From a virus: a DNA stretch of 64,000 nt. This document shows, piece after piece, positions 1 through 9,838 of this stretch. A program made the translations under genes and the position numbers. Every line of letters starts with the position of its first letter. Position 1 is the first letter of the stretch. The stretch lies in the IMG/VR virus record IMGVR_UViG_3300032291_003679, positions 1 through 64,000 of that record. The stretch is one strand, 5' to 3'. The notes below the pieces were generated by a model that ran no database searches, was not told the DNA's origin, and saw only the letters and a program-made list of their open reading frames with translations.

Positions 1-1
1 C

Positions 2-259
2 CAAGCAACAGAAATCTTTGACGCTGTTGACATTGGCGCAGTAACGCCAGAAGAAGCAGCACAACTTGTTGAAGCAGTGCAGGAGGCACCAACCGAGGTC
101 AGAGAAGCAATGGAATCTGAAATCAACGTATTCCAAGGGGCAATTGATACTTATATCCCTCTTGGCTCAAGCGTACCTGTCGGAACAAGAAGAGTAATTA
201 TTGGCGCTAGTGCTCTTGCTATTTTTTGTGCGCCCGTACCCGTATCTAGGAGAAGCTAA
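2..259 (+). CDS. C-terminal part of a protein that begins before the window
   Basis: Frame is open from base 2 to TAA at 257-259; stop overlaps the next ATG. Confidence 0.7.
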   Translation, partial: QATEIFDAVDIGAVTPEEAAQLVEAVQEAPTEVREAMESEINVFQGAIDTYIPLGSSVPVGTRRVIIGASALAIFCAPVPVSRRS

Positions 260-429
260 TGTTCAAAAAACTTAAAGATGGATTGAGCGACCTGTCATGG
301 ACTCTTGCTGGAACAGCACTTGTCTTAATAACACTCAGTGGGCAAACAAGAACCTATGGACTGTGGATATCTGGAATTGCTTTAACTGTTTACCTTTTTG
401 GGATGTTTATCAGCAGTAATGATGATTAA
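259..429 (+). CDS. small 2-TM membrane protein (56 aa, MFKKLKDGLSDLSWTLAG...)
   Basis: Translated by hand; AGGAG RBS; two hydrophobic stretches; TAATG coupling. Confidence 0.65.
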   Translation: MFKKLKDGLSDLSWTLAGTALVLITLSGQTRTYGLWISGIALTVYLFGMFISSNDD

Positions 430-482
430 ACCCAATAGCTATAAGTGCTAAAATTGACTATCCGTTTTCGAAAAGGAATATC

Positions 483-1001
483 ATGCCAAGAAAATACACT
501 GGAAATACTGATGGAAATTCAGGCAAGGCTCTTCCTGGAACACAAAAACTCCTAGAGCTCTGCAAGAAGAGATGGGGCTTTACGAATCTGGGGATATGGG
601 CCAATCGGTCGATGAAAAATCCTAAGGCTATTCCTGGCGACCCAAAGTGGCTCTCCGTTCACGCAACCGGCCGTGCAATCGACATGGGCTACACAGACCG
701 CAAGAAAGCCGTGGAAGCATGGGATTGGTTTATGGCCAACACCGCAGCCCTCGGCATTGAGGAAGTTCACGACTACGCATTTGACTCAAACGTAAAGGAC
801 AAGGTTCTTGGCTGGGGTCGCGGTTATAGATGCTCTCGCGGCGAAGGCTCCGACCCCAAATCTGTCAAGATTTATGATTCAAAAGAGAATGCTGGCTCGC
901 AAGGCGGCCGGTGGTTACACGTAGAGCTTTCTCCAGAAATGGCAAAAGATGCTGAGAAGTTTGAAGCAGCATGGCGCGCACTTCCTAAGCCTGGTGCATG
1001 A
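483..1001 (+). CDS. endolysin-like Zn peptidase (M15/VanY-like fold)
   Basis: SVHATGRAID matches the SxHxxGxAxD motif; C-terminal WLHVE; AAGGA RBS; followed by holin-like genes. Confidence 0.75.
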   Translation: MPRKYTGNTDGNSGKALPGTQKLLELCKKRWGFTNLGIWANRSMKNPKAIPGDPKWLSVHATGRAIDMGYTDRKKAVEAWDWFMANTAALGIEEVHDYAFDSNVKDKVLGWGRGYRCSRGEGSDPKSVKIYDSKENAGSQGGRWLHVELSPEMAKDAEKFEAAWRALPKPGA

Positions 1002-1007
1002 TTCTGA

Positions 1008-1235
1008 ATGGAAGCAATCACAGTTGCTCTCATAACGATGGTCGGTGCCGTAGTTGTTGCTCTTGTTGAAAAGGGTAGACGTGAAAACAAGGCAGACCAC
1101 GGTGTTGTTTCGGAAAAGCTAGACATCATTGGTAAAAACCTAGGTCGCTCTATTGACCGTGTAGAAGCAACTGTTGTTCGCAATGAAACAAAACTAGACC
1201 AGCACATTCGTGACCATGCAAAGGGAGATGTCTGA
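1008..1235 (+). CDS. holin-like membrane protein (N-terminal TM plus coiled coil)
   Basis: Hydrophobic N-terminus; position directly after the endolysin. Confidence 0.55.
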   Translation: MEAITVALITMVGAVVVALVEKGRRENKADHGVVSEKLDIIGKNLGRSIDRVEATVVRNETKLDQHIRDHAKGDV

Positions 1236-1444
1236 TGGCCGGCAAGAAACCAGCAAAACCAATAGCCGGGCAATCTAAACAGATTATTCAAGACCCTGCG
1301 ATATATGGCTCCATGATTAAGTTCGTAGGCTCAAAAAACGCATCATGCTCTTGTGCTAAATGCGGAAAACTAACAGTTCGTGGAATGGTTCGCTTAAAGA
1401 ACGACAACTACTACTGCTCATTGAGGTGCGCATCAGAGTCCTAA
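1235..1444 (+). CDS. small Zn-finger protein
   Basis: CxxC...YCSxxC; translationally coupled. Confidence 0.55.
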   Translation: MAGKKPAKPIAGQSKQIIQDPAIYGSMIKFVGSKNASCSCAKCGKLTVRGMVRLKNDNYYCSLRCASES

Positions 1445-1484
1445 CTAAACATATTTAGACACACAAGGAGAGAGGTGTGGGAAC

Positions 1485-3002
1485 GTGGAAACACGAGCTA
1501 AAAAATTAATTGGTGCAGTCTGTTTAGTTTTGGCAGCAATTTTGCCATTCGCAGTTAGCGTTGAAAAAAGCAATGATGGGATAATATTTGGTTCCCAGGC
1601 AAGCGCAACAACCGGCGGTGGGCCAATCGTCCTCGACGGCATGGACCCAATCTGTCATGCTGCATACAATGAAAATACTGACCAGTACATCGCAAAAGTA
1701 GTCAAAAGCGTTTATGACCAGTCTTCAATGCCTGGCAATAACGGAAAAATTGCAATACTTGGTACCGGCGCAACACCTGGTGGATGTGGCGGAAACTGGA
1801 CAACGTTACTCACAACTAAATTTTTAACTCAATTTGGAACGCTTGCTTCAGGACTCCAGCCCGAGGTTCAGTTTATAAACAGCACTACGGACTTGAATGC
1901 GTTTTTTTCTTCCGGGATAACATCGACTCCACCAAAAATGCTATGGATTCCAGATGACTGGTCCAGAAGCGGTGCTGTCAACTCAATATTTACCGCTAAT
2001 GCTGAAAAGATTGCTGACTTTGTTAACTCTGGCGGCGGTTTGTTCTCCAGCTACAACCCCTATGGATGGCTAACAGCATTGCTTCCCACTGCTGTTTTTA
2101 ACGACGGTGGATGCAACGGTGGCCCAGATGCAACAGCTGACGGAATAGCCGACTTTGGATTAAGCAACTCAATAGTTGCTGCATGTTGGCATGGTTACTT
2201 CACTGGAAACGTTGGAACACTCAAGACACTTGTTGACTACCCGTACCCAAGCCCAACTAGTACCCGTAAGGCTGTTTCAATCGGTGGTGGTTCAGTATCT
2301 CTTCCTAGCTCTTTCACGTTAGCAATCAGCCCTACTTCTCCAAACGCTGGAGAAGACCTGACGATTACTGCAACGGCTCAAACAATTGCCGGAGTTCCGC
2401 AAGCAGGTGTTTCAGTCACTGTAACCGTAAGCGCCGGCCCTGATGCAGGACAGACATTTACCGCAACGACAAATGCCAGTGGAGTAGCAACAATCACTGT
2501 CCGAACAAACTCTACTGGTTCAGCGACATATACGGCTACTGCTGTCGTTGCTGGAGTATCTAAAACAGTATCTGCGACTGTTTCTTGGAACCCACCAACA
2601 ACCGTTCCAACTACGGTTCCACCAAGCACTACAACTCAGCCAAGTACAACTACTACAAGCACTACAACTCAGCCAAGTACAACTACTACAAGCACTACAA
2701 CTCAGCCAAGTACAACTACTACAAGCGCTGCTCCAACCGCTACAACCGCTGCTCCGACTACAAGTGCTGCCCCAACTACTACACAGGTTGAAACTACAAC
2801 AAGTGTTGTTGTAGCGGCTCCGGAAACAACAACCACCCAAGAGCCAGTAGTACCAACAACGGTGCATGACCATAGCTCTCACTCACATGGTCCGCTTCCT
2901 CAGACTGGTTTAAACGCAAAAATTATTTACTTATTAGCACTTGGACTATTCGTTGTTGGCGTTTTATTAATCGGATTCACAAGGAGACAAAATGAAGCGT
3001 GA
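1485..3002 (+). CDS. secreted LPxTG cell-wall-anchored protein with Ig-like (Big_1-type) domain and Thr/Pro stalk
   Basis: Signal peptide; TATTNASGVATIT Ig-like motif; Thr-rich stalk; LPQTG plus TM plus RRQ tail. Confidence 0.8.
   Translation: METRAKKLIGAVCLVLAAILPFAVSVEKSNDGIIFGSQASATTGGGPIVLDGMDPICHAAYNENTDQYIAKVVKSVYDQSSMPGNNGKIAILGTGATPGGCGGNWTTLLTTKFLTQFGTLASGLQPEVQFINSTTDLNAFFSSGITSTPPKMLWIPDDWSRSGAVNSIFTANAEKIADFVNSGGGLFSSYNPYGWLTALLPTAVFNDGGCNGGPDATADGIADFGLSNSIVAACWHGYFTGNVGTLKTLVDYPYPSPTSTRKAVSIGGGSVSLPSSFTLAISPTSPNAGEDLTITATAQTIAGVPQAGVSVTVTVSAGPDAGQTFTATTNASGVATITVRTNSTGSATYTATAVVAGVSKTVSATVSWNPPTTVPTTVPPSTTTQPSTTTTSTTTQPSTTTTSTTTQPSTTTTSAAPTATTAAPTTSAAPTTTQVETTTSVVVAAPETTTTQEPVVPTTVHDHSSHSHGPLPQTGLNAKIIYLLALGLFVVGVLLIGFTRRQNEA
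2623..2726 (+). repeat. 33-bp tandem repeat x3 encoding STTTQPSTTTT
   Basis: Unit CAAGCACTACAACTCAGCCAAGTACAACTACTA repeated exactly. Confidence 0.9.
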
Positions 3003-3324
3003 GTTATTCGCAAACATTCTTATGAGAATTGTGGCTACTTTTGCCGCATCCGGCCTTGGCGTTATTGGTGCTGGAACAATTGCTGGTGTTCCTGTTTGGA
3101 AATCCGTATTTATGGCTGGCATCGCCGGCGTCGCAACAGTAATAGAAGGTCTTTCCAGAGCCTTCCTTGATGACGGTAAGTTGACTACAAAAGAAATAAA
3201 TGCTGTCTTCTCCCGTTTTGACAAAAAAGGTGCCGCAGTGAGCGACGAAGAACTGACAAACCATGAAGAAACTGTGGCAAAAAAAGTTCGCTCTAGCAAA
3301 AATACTTCTGCCTCAGTGGAATGA
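2992..3324 (+). CDS. holin-like membrane protein
   Basis: 2-3 TM segments; AAGGAG RBS. Confidence 0.55.
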   Translation: MKRELFANILMRIVATFAASGLGVIGAGTIAGVPVWKSVFMAGIAGVATVIEGLSRAFLDDGKLTTKEINAVFSRFDKKGAAVSDEELTNHEETVAKKVRSSKNTSASVE

Positions 3325-3404
3325 TAAGTGGTAATTTGTGAGTAGGCATTGCTGTCTGTAAAGGGACGTAGTGATTTTTTCAAATTTATCCGAACTGACT
3401 AAAT

Positions 3405-3749
3405 ATGGCAAAGCATCAGGAAGCTGAGCAGATTTGGCACAATGATGGACACACTCTTCAGCTCCGAATAAACAAAGGAGAACTAGAGGTCCTCGAAGTC
3501 ATCTGTCCTCACGAAGAAAACTCCGCATGCAAGAACATTGCAGGAGACTGTGCGGTGACATGGTTTATTAACCGTTTTGGGATGGAATGCAACGGGGGGA
3601 TATGTCCACCGAGCGAGTTCCTTGAAGTCTCATGGACCCTGGTTGGAGACATCAATAATTTTGATTCTTGCCAAGTCTGGTTCATGCCGCTAACTGACGA
3701 AATATTCAGAGCATGGATTGTGGCCAATACTGAAGCAATTGAAAGCTAG
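3405..3749 (+). CDS. hypothetical Cys-rich protein
   Basis: ORF track; natural composition. Confidence 0.6.
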   Translation: MAKHQEAEQIWHNDGHTLQLRINKGELEVLEVICPHEENSACKNIAGDCAVTWFINRFGMECNGGICPPSEFLEVSWTLVGDINNFDSCQVWFMPLTDEIFRAWIVANTEAIES

Positions 3750-4219
3750 CTCTTAATACCACTCTTTTTTCTTTGACGTCTCTTTATCGTCTCTTCAATC
3801 TCTTCAAGTATCAAGTCTTCAGCGTCAAGTTTTTCCATAATCCCCATATTGGTGGAGTGGATTTGACGTATCCGTTCGGCAGCATCTTCCATGTATTTAA
3901 TACTTGTTGTGCGTATCCTGAATTCACGGTAATAGGCAGCTGCAGAAATCATGGCAGATACGCCGTTGCGTGTGATAACCCACGTATCGTCGTTCACGCG
4001 CTGTAGTAGTCCAGCTTTTACAAGTCGTCCAGCTGGCTCCAGAAAATCTGTATTTCTGGTTTTATGAGGAAACAAGCCTTGAAAGCATGCTTTTATTTCT
4101 GATGTCTTGAATTCACCCTTACGTGACACACCGTAATAAAGAATCGTATATGCCTTGCTTCCGTATGGAAAGACTGGCCTTGCAACACTAAGAGTCCTAG
4201 ATGAAACCATGCACCGCAA
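3746..4219 (-). CDS. hypothetical protein, possible winged helix
   Basis: RLVKAGLLQRV..TWVITRNG resembles a wHTH wing. Confidence 0.5.
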   Translation of the reverse strand: MRCMVSSRTLSVARPVFPYGSKAYTILYYGVSRKGEFKTSEIKACFQGLFPHKTRNTDFLEPAGRLVKAGLLQRVNDDTWVITRNGVSAMISAAAYYREFRIRTTSIKYMEDAAERIRQIHSTNMGIMEKLDAEDLILEEIEETIKRRQRKKSGIKS

Positions 4220-4226
4220 ATGTTAT

Positions 4227-4676
4227 CTAGAAAGGCGCAGAATCACTACTGTTTTCTACAACCTCGTCAGAATGATTATTGCTATTCAACATCTTGATAG
4301 CGACCAAAAAGTTCTGTATATCAGGTTGTTCTAGAATCAATTTATTGTTGTATCGATAGACATTTTGTCGATTGACTTTTGTCTTTGTAATTAGGCCTGC
4401 ATTTATAAGCTGTTTGACTGTTTTGTCAATCATCGTTTCGCTCAAATCAAGATAAACAGAGATTGCCCTAATAGTCATGTTTGGGTCTTCAATTAAAGCG
4501 ACAAGAACTCTTCCGGAAGTAGACAGAAGACTTACTTCATGTTCCTTGTGGTAGCGAAGTATCTTCTTGCTGTCGAGAGTCTGCATCACCTTCTCTAAGG
4601 TCAGGTCGTTTCCACCCTGTTCAGCTATTGCTTCTTCAAGCGCTTTTTTAATGTCGTCGACTTTTTGAGACCTCAA
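4227..4676 (-). CDS. MarR/AsnC-like winged-helix transcription regulator
   Basis: MTIRAISVYLDLSETMIDKTVKQLINAGLI HTH. Confidence 0.75.
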   Translation of the reverse strand: MRSQKVDDIKKALEEAIAEQGGNDLTLEKVMQTLDSKKILRYHKEHEVSLLSTSGRVLVALIEDPNMTIRAISVYLDLSETMIDKTVKQLINAGLITKTKVNRQNVYRYNNKLILEQPDIQNFLVAIKMLNSNNHSDEVVENSSDSAPF

Positions 4677-4795
4677 GAGATACCTACACCCATGTAGTTT
4701 GATGGTGTACTATGAGAGCAACGGTGTGACCATCACTGAGAACACCAAACGTAAGAATAATCACAACTGCGACAATAGCAGGAAAAGGGGTAAAC

Positions 4796-5077
4796 ATGCT
4801 GAGGGATTCACTTCAGAAGTTAATCGACAATCCAGTCCGAGACAGAGACTGCAAACTCGGAAACATTATAAAGTCGCTTGACGAAGAGACTTCAGTAATC
4901 CTGGTTGGCGCGCTTAAAAGCGATGCGTCAACAATGGGGCTAGTTCGGGTACTGAAGGACGAGGGCATTCACCTCAGCAGAGAGTATCTAGGTGAAAAAA
5001 GAAACACATGTTTTAAGGGTGGCTCACAAAATTGCTGCCTTGCCGCTGAAGTCGAATTAAAGGAAAAGAGAAAATAA
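4796..5077 (+). CDS. hypothetical protein
   Basis: RBS; coupled to the next gene. Confidence 0.6.
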   Translation: MLRDSLQKLIDNPVRDRDCKLGNIIKSLDEETSVILVGALKSDASTMGLVRVLKDEGIHLSREYLGEKRNTCFKGGSQNCCLAAEVELKEKRK

Positions 5078-6291
5078 TGGTTGCCAAAAAAGAAGGCCTC
5101 AAGTCGACACTGAAGACAATGGCAGAAGGTGCAAACCGTGACGCCAACAATAAGAAGGTGCTCAACGACATCGCAGTCATGCTTGAGCGAAAGGGTATCG
5201 ACCCCAGCGAAGTCGGTAGTGTCCAGAAAGTTTCTCTTTATCAGTCAGTAACAAAGAACCCTGACACTGGTGAAGCAATCATCCACGACCTCCAAGCAAT
5301 TCAATTTAGTCCCTCATGGGATAGTGGACCGCAGTGGCCCGTTATGGAACAAGGGCCCAAAATACAAATACAAAAGACAAAGACAAAATCAGGGGCCCCC
5401 AAGGCATGGGAAGTGGCAGTTATCGTACCTGATATACAAATAGGTTTTTACCGCAAATCCCTCGATTCGGTGGAGTTAGAGCCCATCCATGACGAGGCAG
5501 CTATTGCCGTAGCCCTTGCTGTTATTGAAGAAATGAACCCAGACCAGGTGGTTTTGGTTGGTGACAACCTTGACTTTGCCGAATTGGGCAAATATCTGAC
5601 CGCTGCACCCTTTAAGCAGATGCTTCAGGCCTCAATTGATAGAGCGACAATGCTTTGCGCACAGCTTCGTACCGCTGCTCCAAACGCAAAAATCACCTGG
5701 ATTGCTGGAAACCACGAAGCCAGAATGGCCAGATATATCCAGACCAACGCAGAAGCTGCTTTTGGAATCACCCGAGGCAAGGCAAACGACGAACTCCGAG
5801 ACGGATGGCCGGTCATGTCTGTGCCGTTTTTGTGCAGAATGGACGAATTTGGCGTTGATTATCTTCCCGGATACCCGGAATCTGCTCATTACATCAACTC
5901 CAATCTTGTCGTTGTACACGGTGACAAAGTTGTTTCAAACAACTCAACCACTAAAAAGTACCTAGACAACGAAAGAATCTCGGTGATATACGGACACATC
6001 CATCGAAACGAGATGGCTTACCGCACTTATCGCACAGACCAAGGACCACGTACCATCATGGCCGCAAGTCCTGGTTGTCTCTGCAGGGTGGACGGCGCTG
6101 TTCCTTCCACGAAATCTGGAATGGATGAATTTGGTAGACCACTTCTCCAAGGAGCAGAGAACTGGCAGCAAGGTCTAGGCATCGTTACCTACCAGCCATA
6201 TGGGCAGGGGAACGAATGGTTCAACTACGAGCCAATGTGGATATACAACGGTCGAGGCATTCTCAGAGGAAAAGAATACATTGCCGAATGA
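5077..6291 (+). CDS. calcineurin-like metallophosphoesterase
   Basis: PDIQ, GDNLD, GNHE, HG and GHIH motifs. Confidence 0.85.
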   Translation: MVAKKEGLKSTLKTMAEGANRDANNKKVLNDIAVMLERKGIDPSEVGSVQKVSLYQSVTKNPDTGEAIIHDLQAIQFSPSWDSGPQWPVMEQGPKIQIQKTKTKSGAPKAWEVAVIVPDIQIGFYRKSLDSVELEPIHDEAAIAVALAVIEEMNPDQVVLVGDNLDFAELGKYLTAAPFKQMLQASIDRATMLCAQLRTAAPNAKITWIAGNHEARMARYIQTNAEAAFGITRGKANDELRDGWPVMSVPFLCRMDEFGVDYLPGYPESAHYINSNLVVVHGDKVVSNNSTTKKYLDNERISVIYGHIHRNEMAYRTYRTDQGPRTIMAASPGCLCRVDGAVPSTKSGMDEFGRPLLQGAENWQQGLGIVTYQPYGQGNEWFNYEPMWIYNGRGILRGKEYIAE

Positions 6292-6527
6292 GCGAAGAAG
6301 ATTCTTACGACTATGAGCGGTACACCGAGCAAGACCTGTACAGGGACCTAGAAGTCCTAAGAAAAGCAGGAATTATCCAAATTGAGGGTATTTCTGACGA
6401 TGGGCAATGGCTTTACGGCATGACCCAAGAAGGCAGAGACTTGATGGCTGGCACTGTCGGCATGAACTACGATGCCCTTGCAAGAGTGTTTGAGAATATC
6501 GAAAGAATCGATAAAGAAGGCGAGTAG
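6288..6527 (+). CDS. small acidic protein (paralog of 53944-54165)
   Basis: ATGA overlap; LRKAGIIQIEGISDDGQWLY. Confidence 0.65.
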   Translation: MSEEDSYDYERYTEQDLYRDLEVLRKAGIIQIEGISDDGQWLYGMTQEGRDLMAGTVGMNYDALARVFENIERIDKEGE

Positions 6528-6532
6528 CCAAA

Positions 6533-7165
6533 ATGACAACAGTAATCGGCATACAGGGAGACGGGTACGCAGTCCTCGCGTCCGACACAAGAATATCCTC
6601 TTTTTCGGATGATGGCCCTGCATATCAGGTATCGACACTGGGTCCAGGAATATCAAAGATAGCCACAAACGGCAAATACCTTATTGGTACTGCAGGAGAC
6701 CTAAGAGCTATCAATCTCCTGACTCACGCATTCTCTCCACCTCCTGTGCCCGCCGATATAAAAGGCAAGAAGCTCGACCACTTCATTACAGTTAAATTTA
6801 TCCCAGCTTTAAGAGCTTGCTTCGACCTACATGGCTATTCGCCCCCAGAGAACAAAGAGAACAAGAACCATAATGCCGAGCAAGGCTCATCAATCCTATT
6901 GGCTGTGAACGCAACCATTTACTTGATTGACAACGACTACTCATGGCTTAGTGATGCTTCTGGGTATTACGCAATAGGTAGTGGCTCAGACTATTCCCTT
7001 GGGGCAGTAACTGCCCTCGCCGGCGGTAAAAAGCTTTCTGCTATACAGGCTAAGAGCATCTGCCTGAAGTCTCTGAGTATCTCAGCAAAGCTAGACCCAC
7101 ACACCGGCTCCCCGTACCACACCTACATTCAGACAGTGGAGCCGAAGACTCCATCCAAAAAGTAA
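6533..7165 (+). CDS. HslV / proteasome beta-subunit-like Ntn protease
   Basis: N-terminal MTT nucleophile; ASDTR, K and AIGSGS motifs. Confidence 0.85.
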   Translation: MTTVIGIQGDGYAVLASDTRISSFSDDGPAYQVSTLGPGISKIATNGKYLIGTAGDLRAINLLTHAFSPPPVPADIKGKKLDHFITVKFIPALRACFDLHGYSPPENKENKNHNAEQGSSILLAVNATIYLIDNDYSWLSDASGYYAIGSGSDYSLGAVTALAGGKKLSAIQAKSICLKSLSISAKLDPHTGSPYHTYIQTVEPKTPSKK

Positions 7166-7175
7166 GTAGATAAGT

Positions 7176-7433
7176 ATGAACGAATCAACATGGACCTGGC
7201 TTTTATTCCTTATGGAAGTAATAGGTGTATACGGGAGCTACACCATAGGGAACAAGCGCTGGCAGGGGCACATGATTGTTGCCCTCCACTCATTCCCATG
7301 GGCTATTTATTCAATCGTCTTTGATAAGCCAGGCTTCATGGCTATGTGGCTACTCTGGCAGTGGGTCCACTGGCGCAACATGTACAAGTGGTTCAAAGAT
7401 GGAAAAGAAGGCCCTGTCCCACACGGACATTAG
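7176..7433 (+). CDS. small multi-TM membrane protein
   Basis: Three hydrophobic Trp-rich segments. Confidence 0.55.
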   Translation: MNESTWTWLLFLMEVIGVYGSYTIGNKRWQGHMIVALHSFPWAIYSIVFDKPGFMAMWLLWQWVHWRNMYKWFKDGKEGPVPHGH

Positions 7434-7592
7434 ATAAATCTATCTGCGATGAGACTCTTTGGGATACTCATCGCCGGCCTCAAATAATGAGATAAACGAG
7501 CGCCCAATAATCCTTCCACGTTTGCGAATTCCGCATAAGGCTCAAACTCTCCCTAGAGAGAGAACACCTAGTAGTAGATAAACACCTACCTT

Positions 7593-7745
7593 TTATCTGT
7601 GCTTCTTCAGATAGGCAGCAAGTGCGTCTTTGATTACCTTTGAGCTAGATATTTCTTGCTTTTCTGCAATCTTTGTAATCTCGTCCAGTGTCTCTTGATT
7701 GAGTCTGAAGGTGATGCGTGGGTACTGTGATTCTGTTCTGGTCAT
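7593..7745 (-). CDS. ribbon-helix-helix (CopG-like) protein, 50 aa, leaderless
   Basis: Hand translation MTRTESQYPRITFRLNQETLDEITKIAEKQEISSSKVIKDALAAYL; TATACT lies 6 nt before the ATG. Confidence 0.7.
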   Translation of the reverse strand: MTRTESQYPRITFRLNQETLDEITKIAEKQEISSSKVIKDALAAYLKKHR

Positions 7746-7920
7746 ACCTGCAGTATAACTAGCTATTGCGACAGTTACTCATCTGTGTCTCGCCGGTGAT
7801 ACAGACAATATACCTAATTGTATATATCCCCAATAACTACTAGACAGGCACGGGGACACATGTATCGGCTATAAATATAAAAGGAGAGAGAAATAAAGTC
7901 ATATTTCTCAGGAGAATTAA

Positions 7921-8271
7921 TTGTCAGACGCAGACAAAAACCCCCAACAAAAATTACCCAAAAATAATGCCCAACCAGATAAATCTAACGATATACCTCC
8001 TAAGTCTTGGTTTGACCTTGCTAGTTGCAAAGGAAAAACGGAACTTATGTTTCCCAAACAACATAAGGACATCACCTATATTGCACAGGCGCGGGCAATC
8101 TGCAAAACCTGTCCAGTCAAAGCAGAGTGTTTAGAGTACGCACTGGAGTTTCCAGCGGCAGATATGCATGGGGTATGGGCAGGGCTGACTAGTAGGCAGT
8201 TAGCGGCAGAACAACGAAGACGCAAGATAAAACCAATACGACCAACGCTCGCACAGATGTGGGGAGACTAA
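7921..8271 (+). CDS. whiB: WhiB-family Fe-S transcription factor
   Basis: Four Cys (C..CxxCPVxxxC) and GVWAG motif. Confidence 0.9.
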   Translation: MSDADKNPQQKLPKNNAQPDKSNDIPPKSWFDLASCKGKTELMFPKQHKDITYIAQARAICKTCPVKAECLEYALEFPAADMHGVWAGLTSRQLAAEQRRRKIKPIRPTLAQMWGD

Positions 8272-8409
8272 TGCTTGAAGCAGTTATAACAATCGGACTC
8301 ATCATCGCCGGCCTTGTGCTGGGTGAGAAATACCTCTTTAGAGATAAAGACAAGTAGCGGCTGGCATAGGGCGACACCATTTAATCCCCGTCCGCCGACA
8401 GGAAACCAC

Positions 8410-8484
<75 letters not shown>

Positions 8485-8661
8485 AAATGCCGAGGGAGTA
8501 ACCAAAGGTTCGAACAATGCCACCACCTCGACAGGGGAAATAGTAGCGCATTGGACAAACACTTCAAAGCCCAAAAAAGGTCGAAAAGTTTCCGCGCGCC
8601 TGGGTTTTTCAAAAAATTTTTATTTTTGTAGTTACCAATTGCTGATTGTCAAGAGTTGTTG

Positions 8662-9006
8662 CTACTGAATTCTCAGGTTGCAGGTCTCACAAAATTGCAT
8701 GTCATTTAATTGGGTTATTTTTTTATCGCACTCTCTTTTGCCGCAGGGCTGGAGGATATGTTCTCCCCGGACATACGCCAGGACAGTTTCCTCTACAGTC
8801 GGTATAGAGAATTGTGCGGAGCCGGCGAGGGGGATTCCTTTGTCAGCTCGGATAAATTCCCAGACGGCGTACAGGATGACATCATTTACCGCTAAATCTT
8901 TTTTGCGGGCATAGTCGATTATCTCGTTTTTCTGACGGCCCTTCATCCGGACGTTCAGTATGACGTACTTATCTACAAAGCGCGTCTTTTCTGCGCGCCG
9001 GCCCAT
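8662..9006 (-). CDS. RHH-like protein with C-terminal Zn finger
   Basis: LNVRM beta strand plus helices; CxxxxC..CxxC. Confidence 0.6.
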   Translation of the reverse strand: MGRRAEKTRFVDKYVILNVRMKGRQKNEIIDYARKKDLAVNDVILYAVWEFIRADKGIPLAGSAQFSIPTVEETVLAYVRGEHILQPCGKRECDKKITQLNDMQFCETCNLRIQ

Positions 9007-9170
9007 CAGCTGTCGCGTTCGACTAGGGCTTTGATGTAGTCAGTGAGGGTGAGGTCTACCGCCTGAGACTGGGCGATGAGTTTTTCTTTGAACTCTTTAC
9101 TGACGCGCAGGGTAAGAGTTACGACTGGCTGTGTTGGTGTAGAGACTGGTCGGCCGGGATTGCGTTTCAT
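9006..9170 (-). CDS. small RHH-like DNA-binding protein with GRP hook (54 aa)
   Basis: Hand translation MKRNPGRP..TLTLRVSKEFKEKLIAQSQAVDLTLTDYIKALV; TGATG coupling. Confidence 0.65.
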   Translation of the reverse strand: MKRNPGRPVSTPTQPVVTLTLRVSKEFKEKLIAQSQAVDLTLTDYIKALVERDS

Positions 9171-9349
9171 CCCAGAGAATTTACTGCAATACGAACAATC
9201 TCATTGCAGTAACTATCATCAATATTGCCGCCACTCTAAAGGCTATGTCAAAAGGGGAGTATGCCAGTTTCCAAATTAAAGTTGTGGAACAAATTAGGGC
9301 AAGTATTTTTAGAAACAACATTTAGGCAACTCCAAATGGGTAATTATTA

Positions 9350-9838
9350 TTAGGCAATCTTTTTTGACGGGGGGTCTGGTACAGCGTACTTGTCGGCCTC
9401 TAGCTCTGCAAGTACCTTTTCGTACATCGAGCAGAAGACGCTTCTGTCTGAGTTGGTGTGGAGGTTGTAGGCAGACTGTCCCAGTGAGTGGATAGTTTTG
9501 GAGAGTGCCTCTGATACCTCTATCGATGGAGGCATACCAGAATTGACCTCCTGGGATAGGGTAATCCATTTACCCCAAGCAACAAGGGCGTCATCGAATG
9601 GGGGTATTTTTGTGAGGGCATCAATGGTGGCCCTTCTGAGTTCCCCTGGTCTGGGCATGAACTCTCTAGTGACGGCCAGGTTGCGGAACGTGCGCTTTGT
9701 GTCCTGTAGGTCTAGGTCATGTAGGAGCTCATACCATGCATTGAGGACGGCTTTGACTTCGTCGTCCTTTGTGGGCATCTCTAGGCGGTAGGTGGCATAG
9801 GCCTGGTCTACTAGCTCGACTAATTCTTCTTTGGTCAT
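9350..9838 (-). CDS. replicative helicase loader/inhibitor (G39P-like)
   Basis: AWYELLHDL..EFMPRPGELR pattern; follows the initiator-like gene. Confidence 0.65.
   Translation of the reverse strand: MTKEELVELVDQAYATYRLEMPTKDDEVKAVLNAWYELLHDLDLQDTKRTFRNLAVTREFMPRPGELRRATIDALTKIPPFDDALVAWGKWITLSQEVNSGMPPSIEVSEALSKTIHSLGQSAYNLHTNSDRSVFCSMYEKVLAELEADKYAVPDPPSKKIA

Noticed and set aside
2520-2882. Alternative-frame repetitive ORFs over the Thr-rich stalk
   Set aside because: Artefacts of the 33-bp tandem repeat within the LPxTG gene.
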